From positions 1-24,524 of IMG/VR virus record IMGVR_UViG_3300020409_000075: 24,524 bases of DNA; one strand, given 5' to 3'. Below, in pieces: positions 6,072-15,200 of this stretch. Source of the DNA: a virus (taxonomy: Duplodnaviria; Caudoviricetes). The stretch's first letter is position 1; each line of letters begins with the position of its first letter. Made by a program: the position numbers and the translations under genes. Under the pieces are notes generated by a model. That model was not told the DNA's origin, made no database searches, and saw nothing but the letters and a program-made list of their open reading frames with translations.

Positions 6072-6352
6072 TGGCTAAATCACCCGCATGGCAAAGAAAA
6101 GAAGGAAAATCTAAAAGTGGTGGACTCAATGCAAAAGGAGTTGCATCCTATAGAAGAGCTAATCCTGGATCTAAGTTAAAAACAGCAGTAACTACTAAAC
6201 CATCTAAGTTAAAGAAAGGTTCTAAAGCTGCTAAAAGAAGAAAGTCTTTTTGTTCTAGGATGAAAGGCATGAAAGCAAAGTTAACTTCTGCAAAGACAGC
6301 TAGAGATCCTAACTCTAGAATTAACAAATCGTTGAGGAAGTGGAATTGCTAG
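6071..6352 (+). CDS. Highly basic conserved phage protein
   Basis: TAATG coupling. AWQRKEGK..GGLN.KG...RRKSFC.RM...SLRKWNC is recalled from marine phages; function unknown. Confidence 0.85.
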   Translation: MAKSPAWQRKEGKSKSGGLNAKGVASYRRANPGSKLKTAVTTKPSKLKKGSKAAKRRKSFCSRMKGMKAKLTSAKTARDPNSRINKSLRKWNC

Positions 6353-6714
6353 GTAGTATTACAACAATATTAGGTTCACTAGGTGGACTCGCTACAAGTT
6401 ACATAGATGGGAAGACGGCTGTGCAAAAAGCTGAAGCACAGATACGCATGAAAGAAGCAACAGGTGAGATTGATTGGGAGCTTGCTGCTATACGTGCTAC
6501 ACAAAGCAGTTGGAAAGACGAATGGCTAACAATTTTGTTCTCTCTCCCGCTGATTCTATGTTTCTGTGGTGATTGGGGAAGACAGATCGTGACTGATGGG
6601 TTTATTGCATTGCAGAATATGCCGGATTGGTATCAGATAAGTTTAGGGGCGATTGTGGCCGCATCGTTTGGGATTCGATCTGTCAGTAAGTTTTTTGGAA
6701 TGAAGAAAAGGTGA
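6346..6714 (+). CDS. Holin (GTA/3TM-holin-like); start probably TTG 6346
   Basis: Hydrophobic helices and SWKDEW...MPDWYQ...SFG.R pattern, upstream of the endolysin. SD GAGG at 6334-6337 fits TTG 6346 better than GTG 6340. Confidence 0.7.
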   Translation: MLGSITTILGSLGGLATSYIDGKTAVQKAEAQIRMKEATGEIDWELAAIRATQSSWKDEWLTILFSLPLILCFCGDWGRQIVTDGFIALQNMPDWYQISLGAIVAASFGIRSVSKFFGMKKR

Positions 6715-6914
6715 TATACATAAGATACGTCCAAAACTACATAGGTGACAGGAGGTATCCATTAGACAGTTTAAGATATAAGAGTGACTACATTAGAAGA
6801 AAAGAGATGAGAAATGAGTTATACATTAAGTACAAGAAGTTTAGAGAGATTGAACGGCGTAAACGAATCATTAGTGAATATCGTAAAAGCCGCAATAAAA
6901 ACGACAAAAATTGA
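6711..6914 (+). CDS. Possible small basic protein between holin and endolysin
   Basis: GTGA coupling to the holin stop, and it fills a 100-bp gap. However, it overlaps the endolysin by ~100 nt. Confidence 0.35.
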   Translation: MIYIRYVQNYIGDRRYPLDSLRYKSDYIRRKEMRNELYIKYKKFREIERRKRIISEYRKSRNKNDKN

Positions 6915-7281
6915 TTTTGGAGTCACCTGCGGTTTGCGGACGAAAAGTGAGCAAGCTGAACTAGTCAAAAAGGGTGCGTCACAAACAATGAACTCTCGCC
7001 ATTTGCCACAAGAGTCTACAGGCACAAGTCACGCAGTCGATTTAGTCGCTTATATTTCGGGACGTGTGTCGTGGGAGTTGAATCTGTATGATGATATAGC
7101 TGACGCTATGAAAGATGCAGCAATTAAAGAGGGTAAACCTATTCGATGGGGAGCAGCATGGCATAAACCTCTAAATGAATGGGATGGTAGTGCTGAAGAT
7201 TTGATGAATCAGTATATTGATTTACGCCGGTCAGAGGGCAGACGGCCGTTCATAGATGCCCCGCATTTTGAGTTAATCTGA
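6814..7281 (+). CDS. Endolysin, M15-family (L-Ala-D-Glu type) zinc peptidase
   Basis: GLRT..EQ, SRH, HAVD and D.PHFEL motifs. Confidence 0.9.
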   Translation: MSYTLSTRSLERLNGVNESLVNIVKAAIKTTKIDFGVTCGLRTKSEQAELVKKGASQTMNSRHLPQESTGTSHAVDLVAYISGRVSWELNLYDDIADAMKDAAIKEGKPIRWGAAWHKPLNEWDGSAEDLMNQYIDLRRSEGRRPFIDAPHFELI

Positions 7282-7493
7282 TGTGGATGTCTATAATGAT
7301 ACTGTGTGCTAGTATGAATGCACAGTCTTGTATGGTAATAACAGGTAATGAGTTGCATACAAGTAAAGAGAAGTGTTTTGAAAGTGCTATTGAAAAAGCA
7401 AATAAGGCTGTTACATATCCACAGGTACATCAAGCAAAACCATTTTGTCAGGTAATACCGGGAACAGAACAGCCAGATAAGATGGAGATATAA
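7281..7493 (+). CDS. Small four-Cys protein with hydrophobic N-terminus (possibly exported)
   Basis: TGATG and TAATG coupling on the two sides; MWMSIMILC start. Confidence 0.75.
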   Translation: MWMSIMILCASMNAQSCMVITGNELHTSKEKCFESAIEKANKAVTYPQVHQAKPFCQVIPGTEQPDKMEI

Positions 7494-7867
7494 TGCCAAG
7501 AGAGTTGACACAAAAGCAAAGATTGTTCTTAGATGTTTTATTTGATAAAGCACAAGGCAGTATTGTTCAAGCTAAAAAATTAGCAGGCTATTCAGATGGT
7601 ACATCATCGTCTGAAGTTGTTCGCAGTTTAAAAGATGAGATCAATGAAGCGACTAGAGAATACTTAGCTCGTGTTGCTCCTAAAGCTGCATTTTCAATGG
7701 CTAATGTCTTAGATGATCCTACAGAGTTAGGTATTAAAGAAAAGATGGTTGCAGCTAAAGATTTATTAGATAGAACAGGTCATGCTAAAACTGAAAAGAT
7801 GGAAGTGACTTCATCTACAGGTTTGTTTATATTACCACCTAAAGATTCAGATGCAACGCAAACGTAA
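7493..7867 (+). CDS. terS: Terminase small subunit
   Basis: LTQKQRLFL...AKKLAGYS HTH-type N-terminus and AAKDLLDR; upstream of TerL. Confidence 0.7.
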   Translation: MPRELTQKQRLFLDVLFDKAQGSIVQAKKLAGYSDGTSSSEVVRSLKDEINEATREYLARVAPKAAFSMANVLDDPTELGIKEKMVAAKDLLDRTGHAKTEKMEVTSSTGLFILPPKDSDATQT

Positions 7868-8102
7868 CTATAAAAAAGAATACAAGCAATATCACGAGAC
7901 ACCTTTACAAAAAAAGAAAAGAGCATCTCGTAATAAAGCAAGAAGAGCTTTTGAAAAAGCAGGTTTAGTTACAAAAGGTGATGGTAAACACGTAGATCAT
8001 AAAGATATGAATCCATTAAATAATTCAAAGAAAAATCTGCGAGTTGTAGCTAAAAGAAGAAATGTTAGAATGCAACCAAAAACTAAAACTAAGAGAAGAT
8101 GA
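7851..8102 (+). CDS. Small basic HNH-like protein
   Basis: DGKHVDHKDMNPLNNSKKNLRV...RN beta-beta-alpha-metal pattern, located in the packaging module. Confidence 0.75.
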   Translation: MQRKRNYKKEYKQYHETPLQKKKRASRNKARRAFEKAGLVTKGDGKHVDHKDMNPLNNSKKNLRVVAKRRNVRMQPKTKTKRR

Positions 8103-8506
8103 AAACAGAAAGTATAGGTTATTGGGATTTACCACAGCCTGATATAAAAGGGTACACAAATCAATGGTTGCCTATTCCTAAAATGGCAAGAACAATACCA
8201 TTTGGTTATGTAGAAGATCCTGAAGATCCTAATATTCTTAGACCTATTAAAAGTGAATTAGATGCATTAGAAAAAGCTAAAAAGTATCTAGGGCAGTATA
8301 GTTACAGAGAAATATCAAATTGGTTATCGAAACAAACAGGCAGATATATATCTCATGTAGGATTAAGAAAACGAGTACAAGATGAACGAAGACGTAAGAA
8401 AGCAGCTTCAATTAAACGTCAGTATGCCAAAAGGTACGAAGAAGTCATCAAGGCGGCAGAAAAAATCGAAACCGAAAGAGTCGGTGCAAGTAAAGCCACA
8501 GATTGA
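8099..8506 (+). CDS. Putative DNA-binding protein (recombinase-type DNA-binding domain, no catalytic domain)
   Basis: IPFGY motif followed by HTH-like SYREISNWLS...ISHVGLRKR. Confidence 0.65.
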   Translation: MKTESIGYWDLPQPDIKGYTNQWLPIPKMARTIPFGYVEDPEDPNILRPIKSELDALEKAKKYLGQYSYREISNWLSKQTGRYISHVGLRKRVQDERRRKKAASIKRQYAKRYEEVIKAAEKIETERVGASKATD

Positions 8507-9941
8507 AGAAGTTGAAGTTCCTGAAATAAAGTCTGATCCATACGAGGGTAGACAGGTTATATTTAAACCTAATCCCGGTCCACAGACAGAGTTTCTAGCA
8601 TCTAGTGAAAGAGAAGTTTTATATGGCGGTTCTGCAGGAGGTGGGAAGTCGTATGCAATGTTGGCTGATCCATTACGTTATATTATGCATCCTCAGTTTT
8701 CGGGATTGTTAGTTAGACATACAACTGAAGAATTAAGAGAACTAGTTTGGAAATCACAAGAACTGTATCCGAAAGTTATACCTAATATAAAATGGTCAGA
8801 ACGAAAGATGCAATGGGTAGCTCCATCAGGGGGCAGATTATGGTTTTCATATTTAGACAGAGAAGAAGATGTACTAAGATATCAAGGTTTAGCATTTAGT
8901 TGGATTGGATTTGATGAGCTTACACAATGGTCTACACCTTTCGCATGGAATTATTTACGTTCACGTTTACGTACTGCTAGTCCTGACTTGCCTATCTTTA
9001 TGAGAGCCACTACAAATCCAGGTGGTATAGGACATCAATGGGTCAAGAAAATGTTTATTGATCCATCTCCATATAATAAGTCGTTTTGGGCAACAGATAT
9101 AGAAACAGGTGATAAACTTTCGTATCCTAAAGGACACAGTAAAGAGGGTCAACCATTATTTAAACGTAGGTTTATACCAGCTAGATTATTTGATAATCCC
9201 TATTTAGCTGAATCAGGTGAATACGAAACAATGCTATTGTCTTTACCTGAACATCAGAGAAAACAACTACTAGAGGGAGATTGGGATGTTAGTGAGGGTT
9301 CAGCCTTTTCAGAATTTAATAGAGATATTCATGTCGTTGATCCATTCTCTATACCGAAAACTTGGAAAAGATTTAGGGCATGTGACTATGGGTATGGAAG
9401 CTACAGTGGCATATTGTGGTTTGCTATAAGTCCTAGTGATCAGTTAGTAGTATATAGAGAATTATACGTAAAGAAAGTATTAGCTACCGATTTGGCTGAT
9501 ATGATTTTAGATTTAGAACAAGAAGATGGTACTATTCTTTATGGAGTATTAGACTCTAGTTTGTGGCATAAGCGTGGAGATCCTGGCCCGTCGTTAGCAG
9601 AACAAATGATTATGCGTGGATGTAGATGGAGACCATCAGATAGAAGTAAAGGAAGTAGGGTATCAGGTAAAAATGAAATACATAGACGTTTACAAGTAGA
9701 TGATTTTACAGAAGAACCAAGATTAGTATTTTTTAACACTTGCACTAATATTATTTCACAATTACCAGCGTTACCACTTGATAAGAAGAACCCTGAAGAT
9801 GTAGACACAAATGCAGAAGATCACTTATATGATGCATTGCGTTATGGTGTTATGACTAGACCTAGAAGTAACTTATTTGATTTTGATCCGTTAACACAGA
9901 ATCAAGGATTTCAAGTTGCAGACCCTAATTTTGGATATTAA
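8382..9941 (+). CDS. terL: Terminase large subunit (true start may be downstream)
   Basis: Walker A GGSAGGGKS, Walker B IGFDE, ATTNPGG, and RNase H-like nuclease motifs ACDYGY and DHLYDALRY. Confidence 0.95.
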   Translation: MNEDVRKQLQLNVSMPKGTKKSSRRQKKSKPKESVQVKPQIEEVEVPEIKSDPYEGRQVIFKPNPGPQTEFLASSEREVLYGGSAGGGKSYAMLADPLRYIMHPQFSGLLVRHTTEELRELVWKSQELYPKVIPNIKWSERKMQWVAPSGGRLWFSYLDREEDVLRYQGLAFSWIGFDELTQWSTPFAWNYLRSRLRTASPDLPIFMRATTNPGGIGHQWVKKMFIDPSPYNKSFWATDIETGDKLSYPKGHSKEGQPLFKRRFIPARLFDNPYLAESGEYETMLLSLPEHQRKQLLEGDWDVSEGSAFSEFNRDIHVVDPFSIPKTWKRFRACDYGYGSYSGILWFAISPSDQLVVYRELYVKKVLATDLADMILDLEQEDGTILYGVLDSSLWHKRGDPGPSLAEQMIMRGCRWRPSDRSKGSRVSGKNEIHRRLQVDDFTEEPRLVFFNTCTNIISQLPALPLDKKNPEDVDTNAEDHLYDALRYGVMTRPRSNLFDFDPLTQNQGFQVADPNFGY

Positions 9942-9943
9942 AT

Positions 9944-12127
9944 ATGGCAGATAAAGATAATGAAATGATGTTTGAGACTGATGATGTAGCTGTAATAGAC
10001 ACTACAGGCGATCAGGGTATTGAAGCTAATGATGTAAATCAAGTTATTGCATTTATAGAATCAAGATTTAAAAGAGCAGAAGATGCTAGATTAAATGATG
10101 AACAGAGATTCTTAAAAGCTTATAAAAACTATAGAGGTATATATGGCAATGATGTTCAGTTTACAGAAACAGAAAAATCTCGTGTATTTGTAAAAGTAAC
10201 TAAAACTAAAACATTAGCAGCATATGGACAAATCATAGAAGTATTATTTGGAAGTTCTAAATTTCCTTTGAGCATCAATCCTACTATATTACCAGATGGT
10301 GTAGCTGAATCTGTTCATTTAAATACAGATCCAAATGTTACATCTAGCATGGATGAAATAAAAGATACTTTTGAAGAGCAAACTAATATACCATACTTGT
10401 TTGATTCAGAAGAGAATAAACTACAACCAGGTGAAACTTTAGAAGACTTACAGAATAGATTAGGCCCGCTAGAAAAAAAATTAGGATCAGTTTCAGAAAA
10501 AGTAATTGAGGGTGCAGGTAAAACACAGAAAAGTGTTACATTCCATCCGGCGATGGTAGCTGCTAAAAAAATGGAAAAGAAGATATTTGATCAACTTGAA
10601 GAGTCAGGTGCTAATAAACAACTAAGATCATTAGCATTTGAGATGGCTTTATTTGGTACAGGCATTATGAAAGGCCCGCTCGCTAAAGATAAAGAATATC
10701 CAAATTGGTCAGAAGATGGAGAATATGATCCGTTAATTAAAACAGTACCTACTACTGAACATGTGTCCATCTGGAACTTTTATCCTGATCCAGATGCTAA
10801 CAGTATGGACGATGCTGAATACATAGTTGAACGACATAAGCTTTCAAAAACACAACTAAGGTCATTGAAGTCTCGTCCATACTTTGACAATGATGCTATT
10901 GAAATGGCAATTGAAATGGGAGATACTTATACACGTAAGTATTGGGAAGAAAGCATGGAGGATAATAGTGCAAACTATAGTCCTGACAGATTAGAAGTAC
11001 TAGAGTTTTGGGGATACGTAGATACAAGTATATTAGAAGAAAACGGAGTTACGATCCCTAAACAATTAAAAGAGTTAGATCAAGTAAGTGTTAATGCATG
11101 GATATGTAATAATCAGATATTAAGACTTGTGCTTAATCCATTTAAGCCTGTGCGTATACCATACTATGCTGTGCCATATGAACATAATCCATATTCATTT
11201 TTTGGTATAGGTATTGCTGAAAATATGGATGATACACAGACGCTAATGAATGGTTTTATGAGAATGGCAATTGATAATGCAGCATTGTCAGGTAATCTTA
11301 TTATAGAAGTAGATGAAACTAATTTAACACCAGGTCAAGATTTATCTGTATATCCGGGTAAAGTATTTAGAAGACAAGGTGGCGCACCTGGTCAGGCAAT
11401 ATTTGGAACTAAATTTCCTAATGTAGCGCAAGAGAATATGCAGTTGTTTGATAAAGCTAGAGTGTTAGCAGATGAAAGTTCAGGCTTTCCATCATTTGCT
11501 CATGGGCAGACAGGTATACAAGGTGTAGGTAGAACTGCTTCAGGTATAAGTATGTTAATGTCAGCAGCTAATGGATCAATTAGAAGTGTCGTAAAGAATA
11601 TAGATGATTATCTTATTGCACCATTAGGTAAAGCCTTTTTTAGTTTTAATATGCAGTTTGACTTTGATGAATCAATTAGAGGTGATCTTGAAGTCAAAGC
11701 ACAAGGCACAGAAAGTTTAATGGCTAATGAAGTACGTAGTCAAAGATTGATGCAATTCTTACAAGTAGCAAGTAATCCTGTATTAGCTCCATTTGCTAAG
11801 ATGGATTATATTATACGTGAAATTGCAAAAGCAATGGATTTAGATCCAGACAAGATCACAAACAGTTTACAAGATGCTGCAATTCAAGCAGATATTTTAA
11901 AGAAATTTCAACAGGAGAATATGCCACCATTACCTGAAGAGCAAGGTGTGGCAGGTGCTAGCCCTAATGATCCAACAGGAGCAGGTGGGGGTACAATAGG
12001 TACAGGACAAGCACCAACTCCGGGAGAACAAGGATTTACAGGAAATGCACAACAACAACAAGGAACTGCACCTACAGAACCTCAAGGGCTTGGTCAACAA
12101 CCGGGAGCAATGGGAACAGTTCAGTAA
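9944..12127 (+). CDS. Portal (head-tail connector) protein
   Basis: 727 aa directly after TerL. FGTGIMKGP, WNFYPDP and RTASGISML motifs typical of podovirus portals; Q/G/P-rich tail. Confidence 0.9.
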   Translation: MADKDNEMMFETDDVAVIDTTGDQGIEANDVNQVIAFIESRFKRAEDARLNDEQRFLKAYKNYRGIYGNDVQFTETEKSRVFVKVTKTKTLAAYGQIIEVLFGSSKFPLSINPTILPDGVAESVHLNTDPNVTSSMDEIKDTFEEQTNIPYLFDSEENKLQPGETLEDLQNRLGPLEKKLGSVSEKVIEGAGKTQKSVTFHPAMVAAKKMEKKIFDQLEESGANKQLRSLAFEMALFGTGIMKGPLAKDKEYPNWSEDGEYDPLIKTVPTTEHVSIWNFYPDPDANSMDDAEYIVERHKLSKTQLRSLKSRPYFDNDAIEMAIEMGDTYTRKYWEESMEDNSANYSPDRLEVLEFWGYVDTSILEENGVTIPKQLKELDQVSVNAWICNNQILRLVLNPFKPVRIPYYAVPYEHNPYSFFGIGIAENMDDTQTLMNGFMRMAIDNAALSGNLIIEVDETNLTPGQDLSVYPGKVFRRQGGAPGQAIFGTKFPNVAQENMQLFDKARVLADESSGFPSFAHGQTGIQGVGRTASGISMLMSAANGSIRSVVKNIDDYLIAPLGKAFFSFNMQFDFDESIRGDLEVKAQGTESLMANEVRSQRLMQFLQVASNPVLAPFAKMDYIIREIAKAMDLDPDKITNSLQDAAIQADILKKFQQENMPPLPEEQGVAGASPNDPTGAGGGTIGTGQAPTPGEQGFTGNAQQQQGTAPTEPQGLGQQPGAMGTVQ

Positions 12128-12272
12128 TTATCTAGATTATTTAATTAGTAATCAACATAGAAATCTAGAGCAAGCTGACACTGATATTATTGTATATAGA
12201 ACGCAAGGTGCAATTTCTGCACTAAAGCGTTTAAGAGCATTAAGAGATGAGATTTATGGCAACATTAGATAA
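12045..12272 (+). CDS. Small conserved protein downstream of portal
   Basis: Helical 75 aa with YRTQGAI..L..L..LRDE. It fills the gap between portal and the giant ORF. Confidence 0.75.
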   Translation: MHNNNKELHLQNLKGLVNNREQWEQFSNYLDYLISNQHRNLEQADTDIIVYRTQGAISALKRLRALRDEIYGNIR

Positions 12273-15200
12273 TCAAATGTTAACAGCTTTTGAAAAAGAA
12301 GATAGTGTTTCTGATTTACAGAGAGAGGCTATAGGATCTTTTAATTACAATAAGAATAAGTATGTTAATCAAATTGCTAATCAAGTTATTAATTTAGGAT
12401 TTGACAGAGATTATGCTTTCAACATTGCTGATAGAGCCAAAAAAGACTCCTTTTGGAGAGATTTAATTGCTAAAGAAGATGATAATATTAATTTAATAGA
12501 GGGCAATTTTGATGCTCTTGCAACATCTAATTATAATCCAGGTGATACTACAATTCCCTTTGAAAAAGATGCACAAAAGATTGCATTTGAATCTGTAATT
12601 AAAGATCAAGGCGATGATGTATTTTTAAATCAGGAAAATCAGATAGGGCAAAGATGGGCAGAATATAGTAAAACATTATATAATGCTAGTGTTAAAAATA
12701 AAATACCTAAAGGTGATTATTTAGATCCAAAAACTTGGGAAGGTGATCTTCTTGATACAAGTGCCATTGATCCTAAGACAGATAGAGAATTTGCACAATG
12801 GGGCATAGAACATATTGGACAGTTAAACTATAATTTACTTGAACTAGGGATGGCAGCAGGAGATGTGGCGATTGACGATCCTGATGTAGCTTTTTCACTT
12901 TATAGTATGTTAGACATATATGATAAGCTACCTAATTTTACTAAAAAAGGTTGGGGCAGATTTGCAAAAGGTGTAGCTACTGATCCTTTTACTTATATGG
13001 GGTTAGGTGCTTTGTATCAAACAGCAAAAGGTTTATTTGGTAAGAAGTTAACAACTGAAGCAGTAAAGCAAAGTCTTTTAGGTAATATAAAAAAAAGATT
13101 TCCTATGTATGCAGTGGGTTCAGCAGAGGGTGCTGCTTATATGGGATTAGATGAATTTCATAGACAGACAATAGGAATCAAAGCAGGAGAATTAAGTCAG
13201 AGAGATATTACTAATCAATTACTGTCAATAGGAGTTGGTGGAGTATTTGGTTTTGGAGGAACAGCAGTAGGTGATTTAGCCATAACAGGTGTTAAAAAAG
13301 GCATTGATCAATTTAAAGGTATGCCTAAGATAGATCCTTTTCCTACATTTGAAATACCAAAAATTGAATTGGCTGAAAATACGTTAGGTTCTACTTTTGG
13401 TAATTTAACTTTAAAATTTAAAAGTAAAGATGGAACAAAAGTAATAGAACCTACAGATATTCAAGATCCTGTTATGAAGTTGTATTCTCCATCTTTATTA
13501 GGGATTATGAATGCTGTTAATGATCCTAATATATCTATTCCTAAAAAACAATTAGAAAATCCAAATTTTCATAGTGGGCAGTATATTCTAAAAGAAGCAG
13601 ATAAGTTTGGATTAAAGAAAGAAGAATTGGAATATATGGGATTAACAGGATATTTGGAAAGTGATAAAGCTAAAAGAATTACACTTGAAGAATTACAAGA
13701 ACTGATCAAAGATAGACCTTTTCCTATTTTTCAAAAATCATTAGTACATCCTGATAAAATGAAAGACTACTTACCACCAGGTACAGAAACTGAATTTGAA
13801 AAGAATTATAAATTTGAGCCTTTTAACCCGGTTGGAGATCATTCAGGGGGTGCATTACATCCAAATCAAGTTGATATAAGTTCATATAATCGTTATAAAG
13901 GAAGTACGCTTAGAGAATTTGTAGATCATAAAGACTTTCGCTTTGAACATAAAGATCAACTTCCAAAAGTTTTTAAACCTGAAAATTTAGAGAATATGAA
14001 TATGAATCCTGAAATACATATGCCTGAATTTAAAGATTTTAAATTGTTTTTGGAAGACATATTTATACCTTTAAGAAGAGAGGGAATATATCAAAGTCTT
14101 AGTCCAGATTATACTAGAGGAAACTTTCCTAACCTTGTGGATGATGTTGATTCAACAAGAATGGATATGGCTTCATCAACCGATTTTGCTTATTTTATGC
14201 ATCCTGAAATTAAAAGAAAATCTGTTGGTTTTAAGATAGATAATAGTAATATATCTAATTATTTTAAATCCCTAAATGATAGAGGCATTAATGTTGATAC
14301 ACAATTAACTCCTTACGCTGTTCATACTGCTAAATATTTTAATATTTCAGATCCTGTTAAGCTAAGAAGAGCTAGAGACAAAAATACTAAAATGTTAAAT
14401 GTATATGGTGGCATAGAGGATGGTCTTTATCCTAGTAAAAATGAGTTGAATGTATTAGATCCTAGAGAACGAAATATTAATTCAAGATTTACAAAAATGT
14501 CTTTAATAGATAATTTTACAAATAGATTTTTAGAAAACATTAAAAATGATCCAATAACACCAACTAAAACAATATATTTAAGAACTTGGAAAAAATTGTG
14601 GGAAGACTATGGTGATATTCTTATTAAACCATCTAAATTTAACGAAAAAGGAAAAACAAGTGCTTTAAACATAAAAGAAGAGGTTCTGTTATTTAGTAGT
14701 TTTCCAGCATTTAGAAGAGCTTTTAAAAGTATTTTAGATAGTTATAATACGTTATTATATTCAGCAGGTTTACCAAGTAGTTATGGAAAATTACCACAAG
14801 CTATTGACCCTGATATTAATGGTTTAGCTTTTTACAATTATGGTGGATCAAAATTATCTGCTGCTGACATAGCTTTTCTGTCAGACACAAAAAAAGTAAA
14901 TGATGTAAAAGAAAAAGTAATTGGTGAATTTACTAAAGGAAAAGGTCACAATAGAAAGGCTTATACACTAGAACAACTTTCTCAAGCTAAAAATGATCCT
15001 AGTTTTATACAATTTAGAGATCAAAGATTGAATGAATTTCAAGAAAAAATACGACAAGCAAGGCTTGATAATTTGGAGATAGCTGCACCTGGAAGAACTG
15101 CAACTCCATACGTAACAGAAATTAATTTAAATGATTTTTTAATTACAGGTCTGCATTGGCTTGCTTTAGATAATCCACACTACTATACAAAAAATATGCT

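Noticed and set aside
8099-8506. Serine integrase indicating a temperate lifestyle
   Set aside because: Only 135 aa with a PFGY-type DNA-binding part. There is no catalytic resolvase domain and no att-like site was seen.
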